A stretch of DNA of 64,000 nt. It comes from Chrysomallon squamiferum (lineage: Eukaryota > Animalia > Mollusca). The first letter of the stretch is position 1; each line of letters begins with the position of its first letter. Of the stretch, positions 15,931 through 29,156 are shown one piece after another. The stretch spans positions 2,914,001-2,978,000 of the forward strand of contig CM022672.1 in the NCBI GenBank assembly GCA_012295275.1, in the 5' to 3' direction. A program made the translations under genes and the position numbers. The notes beneath the pieces were generated by a model that worked only from the letters and a program-made list of their open reading frames with translations, had not been told where the DNA came from and ran no database searches.

Positions 15931-16783
15931 TAAAACTGTAGAAATGAAGTGACATAAAATTGAAATATACGGGAGAGATATATTTTACCAATACTTGAGA
16001 GATTTTATTTTATGGATAAAGGGACAGTAGGGCGGAAAGAGACAGAATATTATTTCTAAGTCAGAAGGGAAAGTATAATGAGGCACAGAAAAAATCTACA
16101 GTCTTTCGTGATTTGTACAATTTTATTAGATTCTCTTTCTTTGCAAAAAAAAAAACAAAAATACTTAGCACATTTGATTAAACTACAATTTCAAATCAGA
16201 TTCTGGTGGATTTTTTTGCTTGGATTTTTCAGTACAAAATCCATACATCGATTTTTCATTACTTGGTACTTTTCATTGTCCTGGTTGTTTGTTAATCACG
16301 AAGAAGCTGTTGTTATCAACATATTTCGGGAACGATTTCTTTTTTCTTTTTTTTCTTTTCAGTTAATGTTTCCTGCAAAATGTAATCATTTAGAATACTA
16401 ATGATGTAATCCCTTTATACTGTCTCCCGAAAATAAAATCAGCATTATTTAATGCTACTATTTTTAGCGACTTTCGGAAAGCATCTTTCTATTACGGTCA
16501 TTTGATTAAAACGGGAGAAGCAAATTAAAAGCTTTTTGAATGTTAGTAATATAATACATATCATTTAATTAATTAATTAATTAATTGAATTTAAATTAAG
16601 AAACCAGAGTCACTAGGGATAGGAGAAGTGTATTTTAGCGCAGAGGGAAGGAAACCAGGGAAACAGATTGAAACTCATTTAGTAAACAAAGATTTCAGGA
16701 GTGAAAGGTCGCGAGAACAGTTCTCCTCACTTCATCCACAGCTATATCATTTTTATTTTTGTTATTTACTATGCATTTTATTA

Positions 16784-16784
<1 letters not shown>

Positions 16785-16878
<94 letters not shown>

Positions 16879-17045
16879 ATTGTTGTTGTTGTTTATGTCA
16901 TTCTTATTGTTGTTGTTGTTATTGATATTATTTTTTATTATTATTATTTTTTTTGTTGTTGTTGTTGTTTTGTTGTTATTGTTACTATTGTTGTTGTTTT
17001 GTCATCATCATCATCATCATCGTGTTGTTGTTGTAGTTGTTGTTC
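16785..17045. repeat. Compound (ATT)n(GTT)n(CAT)n microsatellite
   Basis: Direct inspection. Confidence 0.95.
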
Positions 17046-17547
17046 TTCTTATTGTGCACGTTTATTCTTCATTCTTTGACCACGGCATATATACAGCAAT
17101 TCTTGAAATGCTTTTCTGTCCAAAGTGTGATGAATACAGAAACACGTGGTCCATAGCACGGTGCGTTTTCCCTTTCAGTTTAATAAAAAACACAGTAAAC
17201 TTTTGTTTATACTAGGTGAGGTTTTGGACAGTATGCAGAGTAAAGCTAAATTTACGGATAACGCTAAGAAGTAAATAATGAACTAAATTAACATTAAGTA
17301 AAATGAAGCACATATTCGAGATAAAAAGACACACAGTCTCAGTTAGATGAAAGACAAAATGAACATTGTCTGCATTGTTATACTAATAAACAAACAAGTA
17401 AGTCAATAAATATAAATATGAATATAAAGAAAGAAAAAAAAATAAGGAAGTAGAAAAATGAACAATTCAGAATGACTTAGTCTGAATAGATATTTTTGTT
17501 CTCACATCATATGAAAAAGATTTTCATAATTCAGAATTATTTAAATG

Positions 17548-17640
<93 letters not shown>

Positions 17641-18077
17641 TAATCAATCGATCTATCTATATCGTTTTATTTGGAATAAACTATTATTCAAATGCACTTT
17701 ATGACATCTTATATAAACAATTATTACGATAATTTACATATAATAATAATCATTAAAAAATAAATTAAAATAAAATAAAATAAAAATTAATGTCATCAAG
17801 ATTAGAAAATTAATATTAATAATATAAACGAAAAATATCTAATATCTAATGTTACTCATTAGCACGAACAGAAATTACATCATTAGCATTTCCTTTGATG
17901 TAATATAGCATTAAGTATGGCAGTCATTAAAACAATATGCTGGCTGCATAAACATTTCACAACGATTTGACAGTTTGGTGCAGCCTTTAAAAGATATGTT
18001 TACACCATTAACGATCGCAGTTTTACTATCCCAAATCCATGGTACGACGATCGTGTTACCTACCAATCAATTACGCT

Positions 18078-18395
18078 ATATTAATTTAACATTTTTAATA
18101 TTGTTTAATTTGCTTGAAATTAATATTGCCGTATATTTGATTTTTCGTACGCTGTTAGCTGTTGCACAGATGTAAATGTATGAATAAATTAATAAATCTG
18201 CATGTTATTTACAATTAAAATTAAAATACCGCAATACGACTGCGCAAAATATATTCTGAATATAAAGGAAACGCTTTGAATCTCTGTTGATTTGTAATAA
18301 GAAGCTATGACTGACGTAGCATGTGCCTAACAGCACCCAGCTCAGTTAAACTTCAGAATAATGAACACATCTATTATTCTCTAAAAGATATGCAG
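18078..18395 (+). repeat. Diverged direct repeat, copy 1 (about 320 bp)
   Basis: Shares AATTTGCTTGAAATTAATATTGC, TGTTGCACAGATGTAAATGTATGAATAAAT, AATAAATCTGCATGTT, CCAGCTCA and TATTATTCTCTAA, in the same order, with 19162-19515. Confidence 0.85.
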
Positions 18396-18741
18396 TTCAG
18401 ATATAGACTGTAAGCCGTGTAGAGTTATCGTTCCTTGTTTTCATGTCGTATACCGCATTGGTTAAGTCTTAGAAGTAGATTTGTGACAGTTAGTAACTAA
18501 TTTATGCAAGAGTTATCTCCTTTTGATGATATTACACACTTTGCCGTAGAGTGAGGGCTAAAATTACTGTATGTGTGTTTTGAAATAGAAAAAAAGAAAA
18601 GAAAAGATAAAAGAAAAAGAAAAACGGGGAAAGTAAGAAAAAAAATTAAATTAAAAAAGAAGGAAAGAATTCTTTTTTATGTAATTGCATATACTTTGCT
18701 CCATTTTTTTTCTTTATAACTATACAAATTTAAACACTTAC

Positions 18742-18886
18742 CTACTAAACGCAGAAACATGGTAAATACGTCGAATAAGAGTAGATGGGAATGTTTTGAA
18801 GATTCGTAGATTGAAACTAATTTATCAGTATATTCAGAACAAAAAAACGTCCACAACCAACAACTTCTACTGTAAAGTGTACTTAC
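18742..18886 (-). other. Candidate cryptic RS-exon (145 nt) after ratchet point 2
   Basis: Begins with GTAAGT and ends at the consensus TAG|GTAAGT (donor hexamer 18741-18736). Confidence 0.5.
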
Positions 18887-18920
18887 CTGAAAAGATAAAG
18901 AAAGAAAAACATTAATTAAA
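18881..18920 (-). other. Candidate recursive splice site (ratchet point 2)
   Basis: Minus strand reads ...TTTAATTAATGTTTTTCTTTCTTTATCTTTTCAG|GTAAGTACA. CAG is at 18889-18887 and GTAAGT at 18886-18881. A branch-point-like TTAAT lies about 25 nt upstream, and there is no minus-strand AG for over 100 nt upstream. Confidence 0.72.
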
Positions 18921-19161
18921 TTATAATAAATGAATAGTAAATGATGAAACACAAACAAAACAGTTAATAATAATAATTATTATTTATTATATAAATCGTG
19001 TCTGTAAATACGATATACATTTACATCTGTGTGTTTGCATTAAAAAAAAAAATGGCTGTGTGAAAATCTAGCCAACCCAGAAACAGTGAGATCATTCAAA
19101 CATTTTATGACATTTTTATTTATTTATTTATTTATTTAACCATTTCAAAGTTATATATATA

Positions 19162-19515
19162 TATATTAATTTACCATATTCAATCATGTTCAATTTGCTT
19201 GAAATTAATATTGCTGAAGAGCGAATTTTTCGTCCGCTATTAGGTGTTGCACAGATGTAAATGTATGAATAAATGAATAAATCTGCATGTTGTTTACAAT
19301 TTAAATTAAAACACCGTACATACGGCTGCTCAAAATACATTCTGACTAATGACTTTACAACAAAACGCCTTGAATTCTATAATGATTTATAATAACTGCT
19401 TCTTTATTTTGACAGAAGCAGCTGTGATTGACATAACGTGTACCTAACCACATCCAGCTCACTTAATCTTTAAAATAATGAATACATTTATTATTATTCT
19501 CTAACGGCTATGCAG
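19162..19515 (+). repeat. Diverged direct repeat, copy 2 (about 350 bp)
   Basis: Colinear with 18078-18395, with substitutions and small indels. Confidence 0.85.
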
Positions 19516-19577
19516 CAGTGTAATGGACCGCAAGTCGTAAAGAATTACCGTTCTTTGTTTTCCCCTCACTTCATATA

Positions 19578-19613
<36 letters not shown>

Positions 19614-19762
19614 TGTATGTATGTATGTATGTATGTACATATATATATCTATCCATTCATATACCCATTCATTCATCCAGCCCGCACACACAGATAGTCA
19701 GCAGATACAGAAAGACAATCAGAGTTTTCACTGTGTGTTTTTGTATGAATGACGTTTTAGAT

Positions 19763-20112
19763 CAGGGGTCATCAACCATTTTGAACATGAGAGCTACTTC
19801 ACAGGTACTGAGTCATACGAAGGGCTATCAGTTTGATACCGTCTTCTGAAATACCAAATTTGTTCAGTTTTTCTTTAGTTATATATTATTATTAATGATA
19901 CCCATCTACGTGAAGACACTGATCACGTTAATGAGTTCTCACAATAATTATCACCAGTGACTTAACAAGGTTGGATGCAGATAATATCAATATTCAACCT
20001 TTAATTCTATTGATCTCAGTAATTGTTTAAATTTTAAGATCAGGCCTGCGGACGACTCCTTTGATTCTTGGGATCGACCTGGTGCCCGCGGTTACCGTTT
20101 TGGTGATCCTGG
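19763..20112. mobile_element. Non-autonomous hAT (Charlie-like) DNA transposon / MITE, about 350 bp
   Basis: Starts CAGGGGTCATCAAC and ends GTTTTGGTGATCCTGG (imperfect TIR). The 8-bp TSD TTTTAGAT is at 19755-19762 and 20113-20120 and resembles the Charlie NTCTAGAN target preference. GC-rich subterminal GCGGACGAC/GGTGCCCGCGG motifs are present. Confidence 0.85.
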
Positions 20113-20724
20113 TTTTAGATAAAATACGTGAATGTAAGTCTACTCGACCCAGAATGTTGCAGACCCACCGCTGTTCAGCTCTTTTCTTCTTAAATGTCAG
20201 AGTCACATCGGCTCCTTTACGTTTATGATATATACCATCTTCAGATCTCTCAGACATAATTCGTAGCTAACATTCAACTTTGTAATAATTCGGTTGCGAA
20301 AATTAGATTACAGAGTTCGGCCTACATAAACGATTCACACGATAAGTTTGTTGTATCATATTACAGCGTCCCTTCAGGGCGTTCGTGAAAAGAGCAATAA
20401 AGATAATGTCTTTCCTGATAATTAAATGAGCCATAGTGGGACTGATTTCCACCGGAATTACAACAAACTGCCTCCCTTAATTGCCTCTTGCTGTAATTTT
20501 ATATTGTAACACATCTTATGATGGGGTTAAGCCAATTTAAAACGCGTCGTGGTGTTGTTATCGAGTTAATTTGATGACACAAATGGCTTAGTAGTCTATG
20601 TCCTTGTATTCCACTTCGATCTCACATACTTAGAGACGGAGAGGCCGAGACAAAGAAAATAAACATTCTTAATGGCTGTGGGAGAGGGTTCCGTCTTTTT
20701 CTCTTTTTAACCTTATTATTACCC

Positions 20725-20791
<67 letters not shown>

Positions 20792-23434
20792 GATGATGAT
20801 GATGATGATATTTAATTATTCGTGTTGTTTTTAAAAGGTTATAAATAAAATATTTCGGAAAATCTGATATAATTTTAGAATTTTTGTGAAAAAGGGTGCA
20901 TGCTAGAACTACAACTCTTTGTTTAACTGTATCACGATATACAATTATTTCATCAACGTTTACGATCATCCTCAAGTTTTAAATATGACAAAAGCTAGAA
21001 CGAATGGTTATCCCGCCAATTTCTCTAATTAGTTAAGGAATTAGCTTAATGTAAGTGTGAGAAAGATCAAGGCAATAATTATAGACAGGTACCAAGACTG
21101 AGTGACAGAAAGGCAGGCAGGCAGACTTGTAGACATGTCATGAGGCATACATACTCATAAAAACTGGATAGGTTAGTAGGTAGACCATAGTCAGTAGACA
21201 AATGAATATATAAAATGATAGACAAAGAGGCAGAGAGACAGACAGAGATATTCAAATAGATAGATAGGTAGGTAAGAAGATAGATGAATAGATAGACATA
21301 CAGATGAACTGAAAGAAAGACTGACGGACAGACAAACAGAAACAGAGAATATGAAGACAAAATTAATGAAAGAAGAAAATAAAAATAAAAATAGGGAAAA
21401 CAGAATTAAAAAAGAAAGAGAGAGAGTAAGAAAGAGGAAAGGAGAAAAATAACCCCAGAATAATAATAAAAATATAAATATAATAATAATAATAATAATA
21501 AGTAAAAATGATGAAACCAGGAAGTCATAACAACACAAAAAAAAAAAAAAAAAAAAAAAAAAACCATTGAAAAAGAAAGTAAGAAAGAAGGAAACAGGAA
21601 ACAAATTAAAACTAAAAATAAATGTATCTCCAGTAGCTGTCATTCGCTTTTTTCCACAGATTTTAATTTGGATTCGATTACTTATTAGTTTCCGGGCATT
21701 ATATTAACTTTACATCAGTCATTTGATTACTTCATCCATTCGGCTTAATCTGTCGAGATAAAGTTTTATATTATTCGGTTTTCGCGACAAGCCATGAAAC
21801 ACAGACGTCGATATTTGCAATTTTATTTTCTCATTTCGTTTATGCTCAAAGCAAGTTCTTTTCATTGTGGATTTATTTTAATGTTCCTCAGATTAAACTT
21901 ACTTTACTGCATTGTTCCTGACTTGCGTTTCAGAATAATCTGTTTAAAAACGTCTGGTCTTTGAGTCAGATTTTTTTTTTTTTTTTAAATGTCTATCTAT
22001 CCATCTATCTATCTATCTCTCTCTCCCTTCTCTCTCCTCTGTCTGACTGTCTGTCTGTCTCCATCCATCCATTCATCTGTCTATCTCTTTCTTCTAATTC
22101 ACTTTTTTGCATCCAGCAATTCTGTCTATTTAACATGTCAGTTTGTCTGCATATCTACCAGTCTACTTAAACTACCCACCTAGAAATCTACCAAACTAAC
22201 TTATCTATCTATATCCTCTCTCCACATAAATGTTATTTTCAGAATGTTCTTGCATGATACATATGTTTACTACGTAAAACAGTTGTCGCGTCTACTCAGA
22301 TACATTTTAAATTGTGATTTCAGGATTGAATTTCTTTAAATTTAATCATCGGACGAAGTAAACATTTCATACAGATGACATTGTGAGTCATTTTACAATA
22401 CTTTCTTTTGAAACGAGCGTAAAACCACACAAATGAAAGAAAAAAAAAAAAAAACATTAAAAATTAATAGTCTGTATATCAATATCCTTTGAACAAAACG
22501 AAATTATAATCTGCCCTAGTCGATTTCAGTTTGATTTCTGTACTTGTACAGCTGTCGAAGAGAGAAAGATATGGATTTGGATGAAAGAGAATATTTCTTT
22601 GTCTGTGTTAAGATGTAGTTTTAAGATATGATGACTGGTAAAGGAATTACGGCAGACAAAATATTTCACAGGAATAAATAAAGTTTAAATCTGTGGCTAT
22701 ATATTACGTTATAGGTTTGGTCACTGTGAATCACTGACACAGATATCACTTAAACAAAAACCACTCGATCGAAATCATAACGTGTTGTAGATAGCTAGAT
22801 AGACACTCAGACAGATAGACAGACGAAAGAGAGAAAGAGCGAAGGAATGTAACAGTAATAGTACATTAATGATAATGGTAGAGGTAGTAGTAGTAGTAGT
22901 AATAATAATAGTTGTAGTAGTACTAATAGTGACAACAAAACAAAAATCAGTGAATTATGAAATCTACTTTTCAGATAGTCGTCGTTATTTTTCTAAACTT
23001 TTTCTCATTTTCTACGTTTTGAAAACTGTATCTATTTTAACATGACTAGTTTTCGAAATCGTGTGTTTTCATAATTCATATAACCTTGGAAGTTTAAACA
23101 AGACAAATATCTACAGTATATGATGAATGACTGAACGCAACAGGCTGGCGATGAAAACATGTTGACATTCAGAGACTGGAAGGAACAAGGTGCTGGTTTA
23201 TTCTGATGAATGAGAACTGAATTCCTGATACTACAAAAATAACGTGTAATGCGTCAAACAAAATGTGAAGATCATTCATGTTTACCGATAAGTTGAATCA
23301 TATCAAAATTAAATCGTTATTTTTTTTTCTTATTTTCATTCAACTTGTTGAAGACTACTCGTAGTCATATACATACATACATGCATACAAACATACACCC
23401 ACAAACATACGCGCCCGCGCACATACACACATAC

Positions 23435-23465
<31 letters not shown>

Positions 23466-24334
23466 TGTATGTATGTATGTATGTATGTATGTATGTATAA
23501 AATGTGCAAGATCTCTCATTTGATTACAAAATTTGTACAAATCCTTTTTCATGAATAGTCATTACAAAACCTAATTTTTCAGGTCATCATGTGTGAAATA
23601 TTACAACAAGAATTAATGATGAATTATTTGTGTGTAGTATTCATAAATAGATCAGTGTAAGATAGTGCTTTTGTGCAAATGAATATTTTTGATATATGAC
23701 TGATCGGCTTGATCTATCTGTCTATTTATCCATAAATATTTTTGTCTGTCTATTTATCTATCAATCTATTTATCTCTGTCTTATTTACTTATATTTATGA
23801 CCTTTAAAACCCTACTAGACTCTTTATAGTAGCCAAACATTCTGTAGCAGCATCCCGAATGGCCGCTAAAAAGGCCAAGTAGTAATTTAGAAAATTCCTT
23901 CCATTTGTTTTAACCCATCATTGTGATGCAAATTGAATAAAAAGTTTACCACTTCGGAGCCAATGTGTTAGGCTGTTCGTCGTTGTGTATTTCAGTGTTA
24001 AAAGGGTTCAAACATTCTCTAAGATGATAAAAATGTTAAAACAGAACCGAAACCATGAGTGTTTCTTCAGCGTTAGAAGACAGTAAATTCTACGCAGAAT
24101 GAATCCGGTATTACAACCATGGGGAATAGCTGAGTCCTAAATTCCAATTACAGCACTTTGGCAACTTGATGAAAACTTGATTACAAATCTCCCGGATGGT
24201 ATCGTAGGTCTACATTTTCTGAGAAATGAGCAGTTAAAATATGAAACCAAATAATATAAGCTTTACCTAAAATGAAATTTTGAACGGTTATAACGTGTTC
24301 CATGATATAACGAAATTACCTCTAGTGTTTCTGT

Positions 24335-24369
<35 letters not shown>

Positions 24370-27011
24370 TTGTTGTTGTTGTTGTTGTACTTGATGCCTC
24401 ACCACTGATGACCTGATTCCATTAACCCATTATTTTCAAGCGCAGACGACACAGTGTGAATTAGAAAGACAGAGACAGCATGAACGACGTCATTACAACG
24501 GAGCCCGACCAAGCATGAAGAGGAGGCTACGTGCTCAGATATTCCGCACGTTTGTAAATTAACGACGTGGGAATAACAAAGGTCCGCTCTGTTAGTTTAC
24601 ACGAAGCTCGGAATCGATAGGACGTCGTGAATGTGGCTAAAACGAACGGACGGTATGTTTATACAAGATACAAACAAGTCTTTTGTCAACCGGTTGCTGG
24701 AGCCAGTCCTTGGGGGACAGGGTCCATCAGTCTGTCTTGCATTACCAGAAACGACACACAATAACAGGTGGAATTAAAACGCATCACACTGAAAAACTCG
24801 GATTTTATTTCACGTCTACACGAGACGTCAAAATATCCAAGAATATGGAACAAGTCCCTGCAGATTGCAGCGTCCCTTAATTAGACTGGCCCTTCGGGAA
24901 AAGGTTAATTTCCTTTGACCCATTTCCGCTACCGCCATGTAGACGTTAATATGAAAGCTGTAACATCGTATTGTCGTCGGTCATGCGAAGAGTACATTTT
25001 CTGCGATGTCAGCTCGTATTCTGTTTGACTGTGGTAAAGGTTCGACCTTTCTTTTAAAATGCGTCATCATAAACAGAAAAACAAAATTTCTATTTTCGAT
25101 GCAGCAGCTGTTGTCAGCAGGTTCGGCAAAGAAATAAATGAAGTTACCCTGTAACAAGAAATAATCTGTAACGGCTCCAAGGAATCGCTTATTGTATTAT
25201 AGTTTTATATTGCGTTACACAGGCTCAGAATTACATCAGTCTTTTTTTTTTTTTTTTTTTTTTTCTTATTTTTTTTTCTTCTGTAGGTATGTAACTGAAA
25301 ACTAATGAACAATTCTTCTACAAAATCAAACAAAAGTTTATATATCTGGGTAATAAAAGAAGAAAAGAAAAATAGTTTTGTATGTATGTATCTGTGTGTG
25401 TGTGTGCGTGCGCGCGTTTTCATGCATAAAAAAAAAAAGTGTACATAAATAAATTAAACAAAACGAAAAGGAAGAAAAGATCTAAAACAAATACAAAAGT
25501 TAAAAACTAAAACCAAAGAGAATTTCAAAATAATATTCATCGGTAATTTCATTTTATTATCGGATAAATCGACGAATGTTTGTCAGCATTACGACGTCAT
25601 TGTCTGGCGAGGTAAAAGGAAATAATGTCTAGCCGTCGACAGATTACATCAAAATTAGTTTACGCATCAACAGACGCATTATTAAAAGGTTGGTTTCAGA
25701 AGTCCACTCATTAGTTTTATCTTTACAATAGGTCTGTTGATAAATATTGACAAGGGAAATTATTAAAAAAAAAAAAAAAAAGAAAAGAAAGAAAGAAAGA
25801 ATGAGCAAATGAGTGAAATAAAAAAAATTACTGGAAGGAAGAATGAAAAAATAATTAATGAATTAAGAAAAAGTATAAATAATAAGAATAAAAAAATAAA
25901 AGAATAAATGAATAAATGATCGATTAAAAAATGTTTATCTAGGTAAAATGGCATAGTAGAATATGACCCAACACTGACACAAAAACTTCTAACTTAAGAA
26001 ATAAAGGGAACTTTCAGAATTTTGCACCTTCTCGTAGGAAGGAAATCATATACAGCACCAATAACAAATAAATCGTGCTAAACTAGTTGGAACGGGAAAT
26101 ATCCTCAAACAGCAGCACTAACACAAACTGATCTTGTGAGCTATCACGCATCTGTTTAATTGATTAGATCGTGTAAGCGCTCTATAAACTGCAACATATC
26201 ACCACGAAGGAGATTTCGTGCGACCTTTTTAACCCGAGTGCTGTTGCAGTTTATGAAACCAAGGCGCTGCTCAGAATTTCAACCTATATTAACACCATCA
26301 TCAGTCGCCAGATGCTTCACCTTGTCTAGACCCACTGACCGTCTCATTAACGAGTAGCGATGTGAAGAAAAGAAGACGTATTGATGAACTTGTCCAGCGT
26401 CTTCCCGCAGCCAACTTCAGAGCAGCAGCAGCAACAACAACAACAGAAGTGAAAGTATGTCCAGTGTCGTCGGTGACAAAAGCCAATTCTCAAACCGGGC
26501 GCGTCTGTCACAACGGAAGCAGACGTTTCGCCACGGTCTGTCCAATTAAGGAGACGTGCAAATCTTGCACAGACCGATGAGATTAATTTGAGACGGAGTA
26601 AACCTTTCGATTGCTCTTTATTCGACACCTACCATCCGGAAACGATCGCTCCAAATTGGCTCTGCGGAAAACCTTTCTGAGAAATGCGATACGTGAAAAA
26701 ACGGCTACCTTTGTCGCAGCGCTTGTGAAAGTTTCTTTTGTGAAAAGGCAGTGCGAGAATTATGATGGAAGACTTCCGAGTCCCCCATGATGTCCTGGAC
26801 TCTGAATAGTCGTTCTTCCGCTGTACGCAAAGCCGATAAACATGAAATACAAAACAGAAACATTGTCATTATTCCCTCTTAACACTCAGCATTGTCAAAA
26901 TATGTTTTCTATTATAGTGATGTGAGTGAGTCAGCGAAAAGTGTCTGTGTTTTAGTCAACATTTGTTTTGTTTTTCAAAACACAGACCTATTACATCTCC
27001 TTCTTTGAACT

Positions 27012-27046
<35 letters not shown>

Positions 27047-28059
27047 TTTATTTATTTTTGTCTTCCTAGCACAGACACTACATTAGTATAACCTTCATGG
27101 TTATCATCAGTCATTATTCCATTACGCATAGAAGTTATAGGTATATAAAAAATAAAAAAATAAAAATATTAAACGGAAAATATTATGTAACCTCGAAAAC
27201 TGATTTTCCATTATTTAATTTGGCTCGCTGTATTCCTGATCATCCATCTTTCAGTGTCCATTATTCAGTTTATCCATCCATCCATCCATATTAGTCTGAT
27301 TCCTATCTTCCAATGTATATCTTTCAGTTATCCAGAATTAATGAGATACCAAAGATATATGGTATTTCTTGGCAACTATGGCAATCAGACCCAGAATAAC
27401 GTTTTCTCAATATCAGATTCTCTTGGTTGATATAAAATGATAGCTCAAAATGGAGGGATGCTATCTTACATCAGTCCGACTAATCATAATTATTAATAGA
27501 ATCAGTACCTACGATCAGTTCATATTTTTTTATTTCTTTTTTAATCATTTTAGTAGCAGATCAACAACTTTTCTATTAAACTGTCAAACCACAAGTGAAT
27601 TTTTCGGATTTGTATATAAAGTTGTTCACTGTCGTATCTAATATCAAATAAAATACAGTCATTTTTCCCTAATAAATCTTACAGTAAATAAAATCTTACA
27701 ACAAATGTATCGCTAGATATTTAGTGACATATCCATAAAAATAATGTATCGTAATACAGAAGATAAATATTTGTATTTGTACATAAAAAGAAAACCTTCG
27801 TTCGAAAGAAAAGTCAAGTAAACACAGACATGGACAGACCTATTGATTTACCGCTCGGTAATATTTAGTTTTCTTCCTTCCGTTATAGACATTAAATTCC
27901 TGGCCTCACTGGACAATAATCAGGCTTTGCAGACGTTATAAGCGCGGACGATTTGAATGTAACTCATTACTGGCACTTCAAACTGAACGTCAGGCACCAT
28001 CAACTACACGGTTCACTGGATTAAGTGTTTTGTAATATTACATCTGCGCGTGTGTGTGC

Positions 28060-28094
<35 letters not shown>

Positions 28095-28973
28095 TCGAAA
28101 GATATTCACCAAATGTAAGTGACGAATATGCTATTTGCTATTTACCTATTTACCTACTACCTGTCTACATAATCTTCTTTTTTTTCCATTTTTTCTTCTT
28201 CTTCTTATTTTCTTCCCCTGAATACCGTCCTGATGTACATTATAGCTATTAACCTGACTGCCCATTTATCTTACATATTAGAGTACATGCCTTGATTTGT
28301 TTGAAAAGGAAATAACTTGAAATACCGACGATGACTCACAACAATCGTATCTGCTGCTTCCTCGACATAAATAGTTAGTTAGTAACGTCATAGACAAATA
28401 TTCATGACGTCATAATGCTGCGACCTTTAACCCCTAGATATAAACATAAGTAAGCTGTTTTTTCGTAGCACAAAATTAAAATTACAGAAAAAAAGGTTTC
28501 GTGAAATGTTCTTACGCGTTTCATTCCTTTTGCGGGGAGTCTGTTTATTTTTTTTATTTTTTTATTACAGCCACAATATATGTACCTATGTATATATATA
28601 TGCATATATTGTGTATACGCAGAACGTCTTGAATACGACTGATGTGAGGAAAAATATGACGACGTTCCGTCACTGTTCTCACTGATTTTATCCAAAAGTG
28701 TGACGTAATCCGTGGATGAGTCAGATGGCTTTTTACATAATTAATACATCTGCCAGTTATTTATTTAAAAGTTTATGTAATCTCTGTGCTGATTAAGTCT
28801 TATTGAAATCTTTATTAGTTTCCTGAGAGCTTCTAGCTGCTTTGCTATTAAAGTTTGAAACTGCGTAGAATATTCTGCTGTGCATAATGATTTTTAAATG
28901 GAATATTTCCATTTTTGTATGAAGTGCTTAAGTCATAACTCTGACATCGCAGAAGTTGTTGTTTTTCTTGGAG

Positions 28974-29019
<46 letters not shown>

Positions 29020-29100
29020 TTTCCTTTTGGGCTTGGAGTTGGGGGGGGGGGCACGACGATAAAATACTACCATCTACAATATAACCAAGTATAACCACTG

Positions 29101-29156
<56 letters not shown>

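Noticed and set aside
17200-17221. Plus-strand TTTTGTTTATACTAG|GTGAGG
   Set aside because: Short tract and weaker consensus.
24261-24285. Minus-strand TTTCATTTTAG|GTAAAG (and TTTTTTTCAG|GTATTG near 41378)
   Set aside because: The regenerated donors lack +5 G and the tracts are short.
25241-25292. Plus-strand poly-T...CTGTAG|GTATGT, a ratchet-like site
   Set aside because: It is on the opposite strand from the two best sites, and the tract is a common poly-T run. It serves as a caution that chance look-alikes occur; revisit if plus-strand transcription is found.
26311-26345. LDP-containing peptide suggesting tarsal-less/mille-pattes smORFs
   Set aside because: It reads LDPLT rather than LDPTGxY, and is not repeated.
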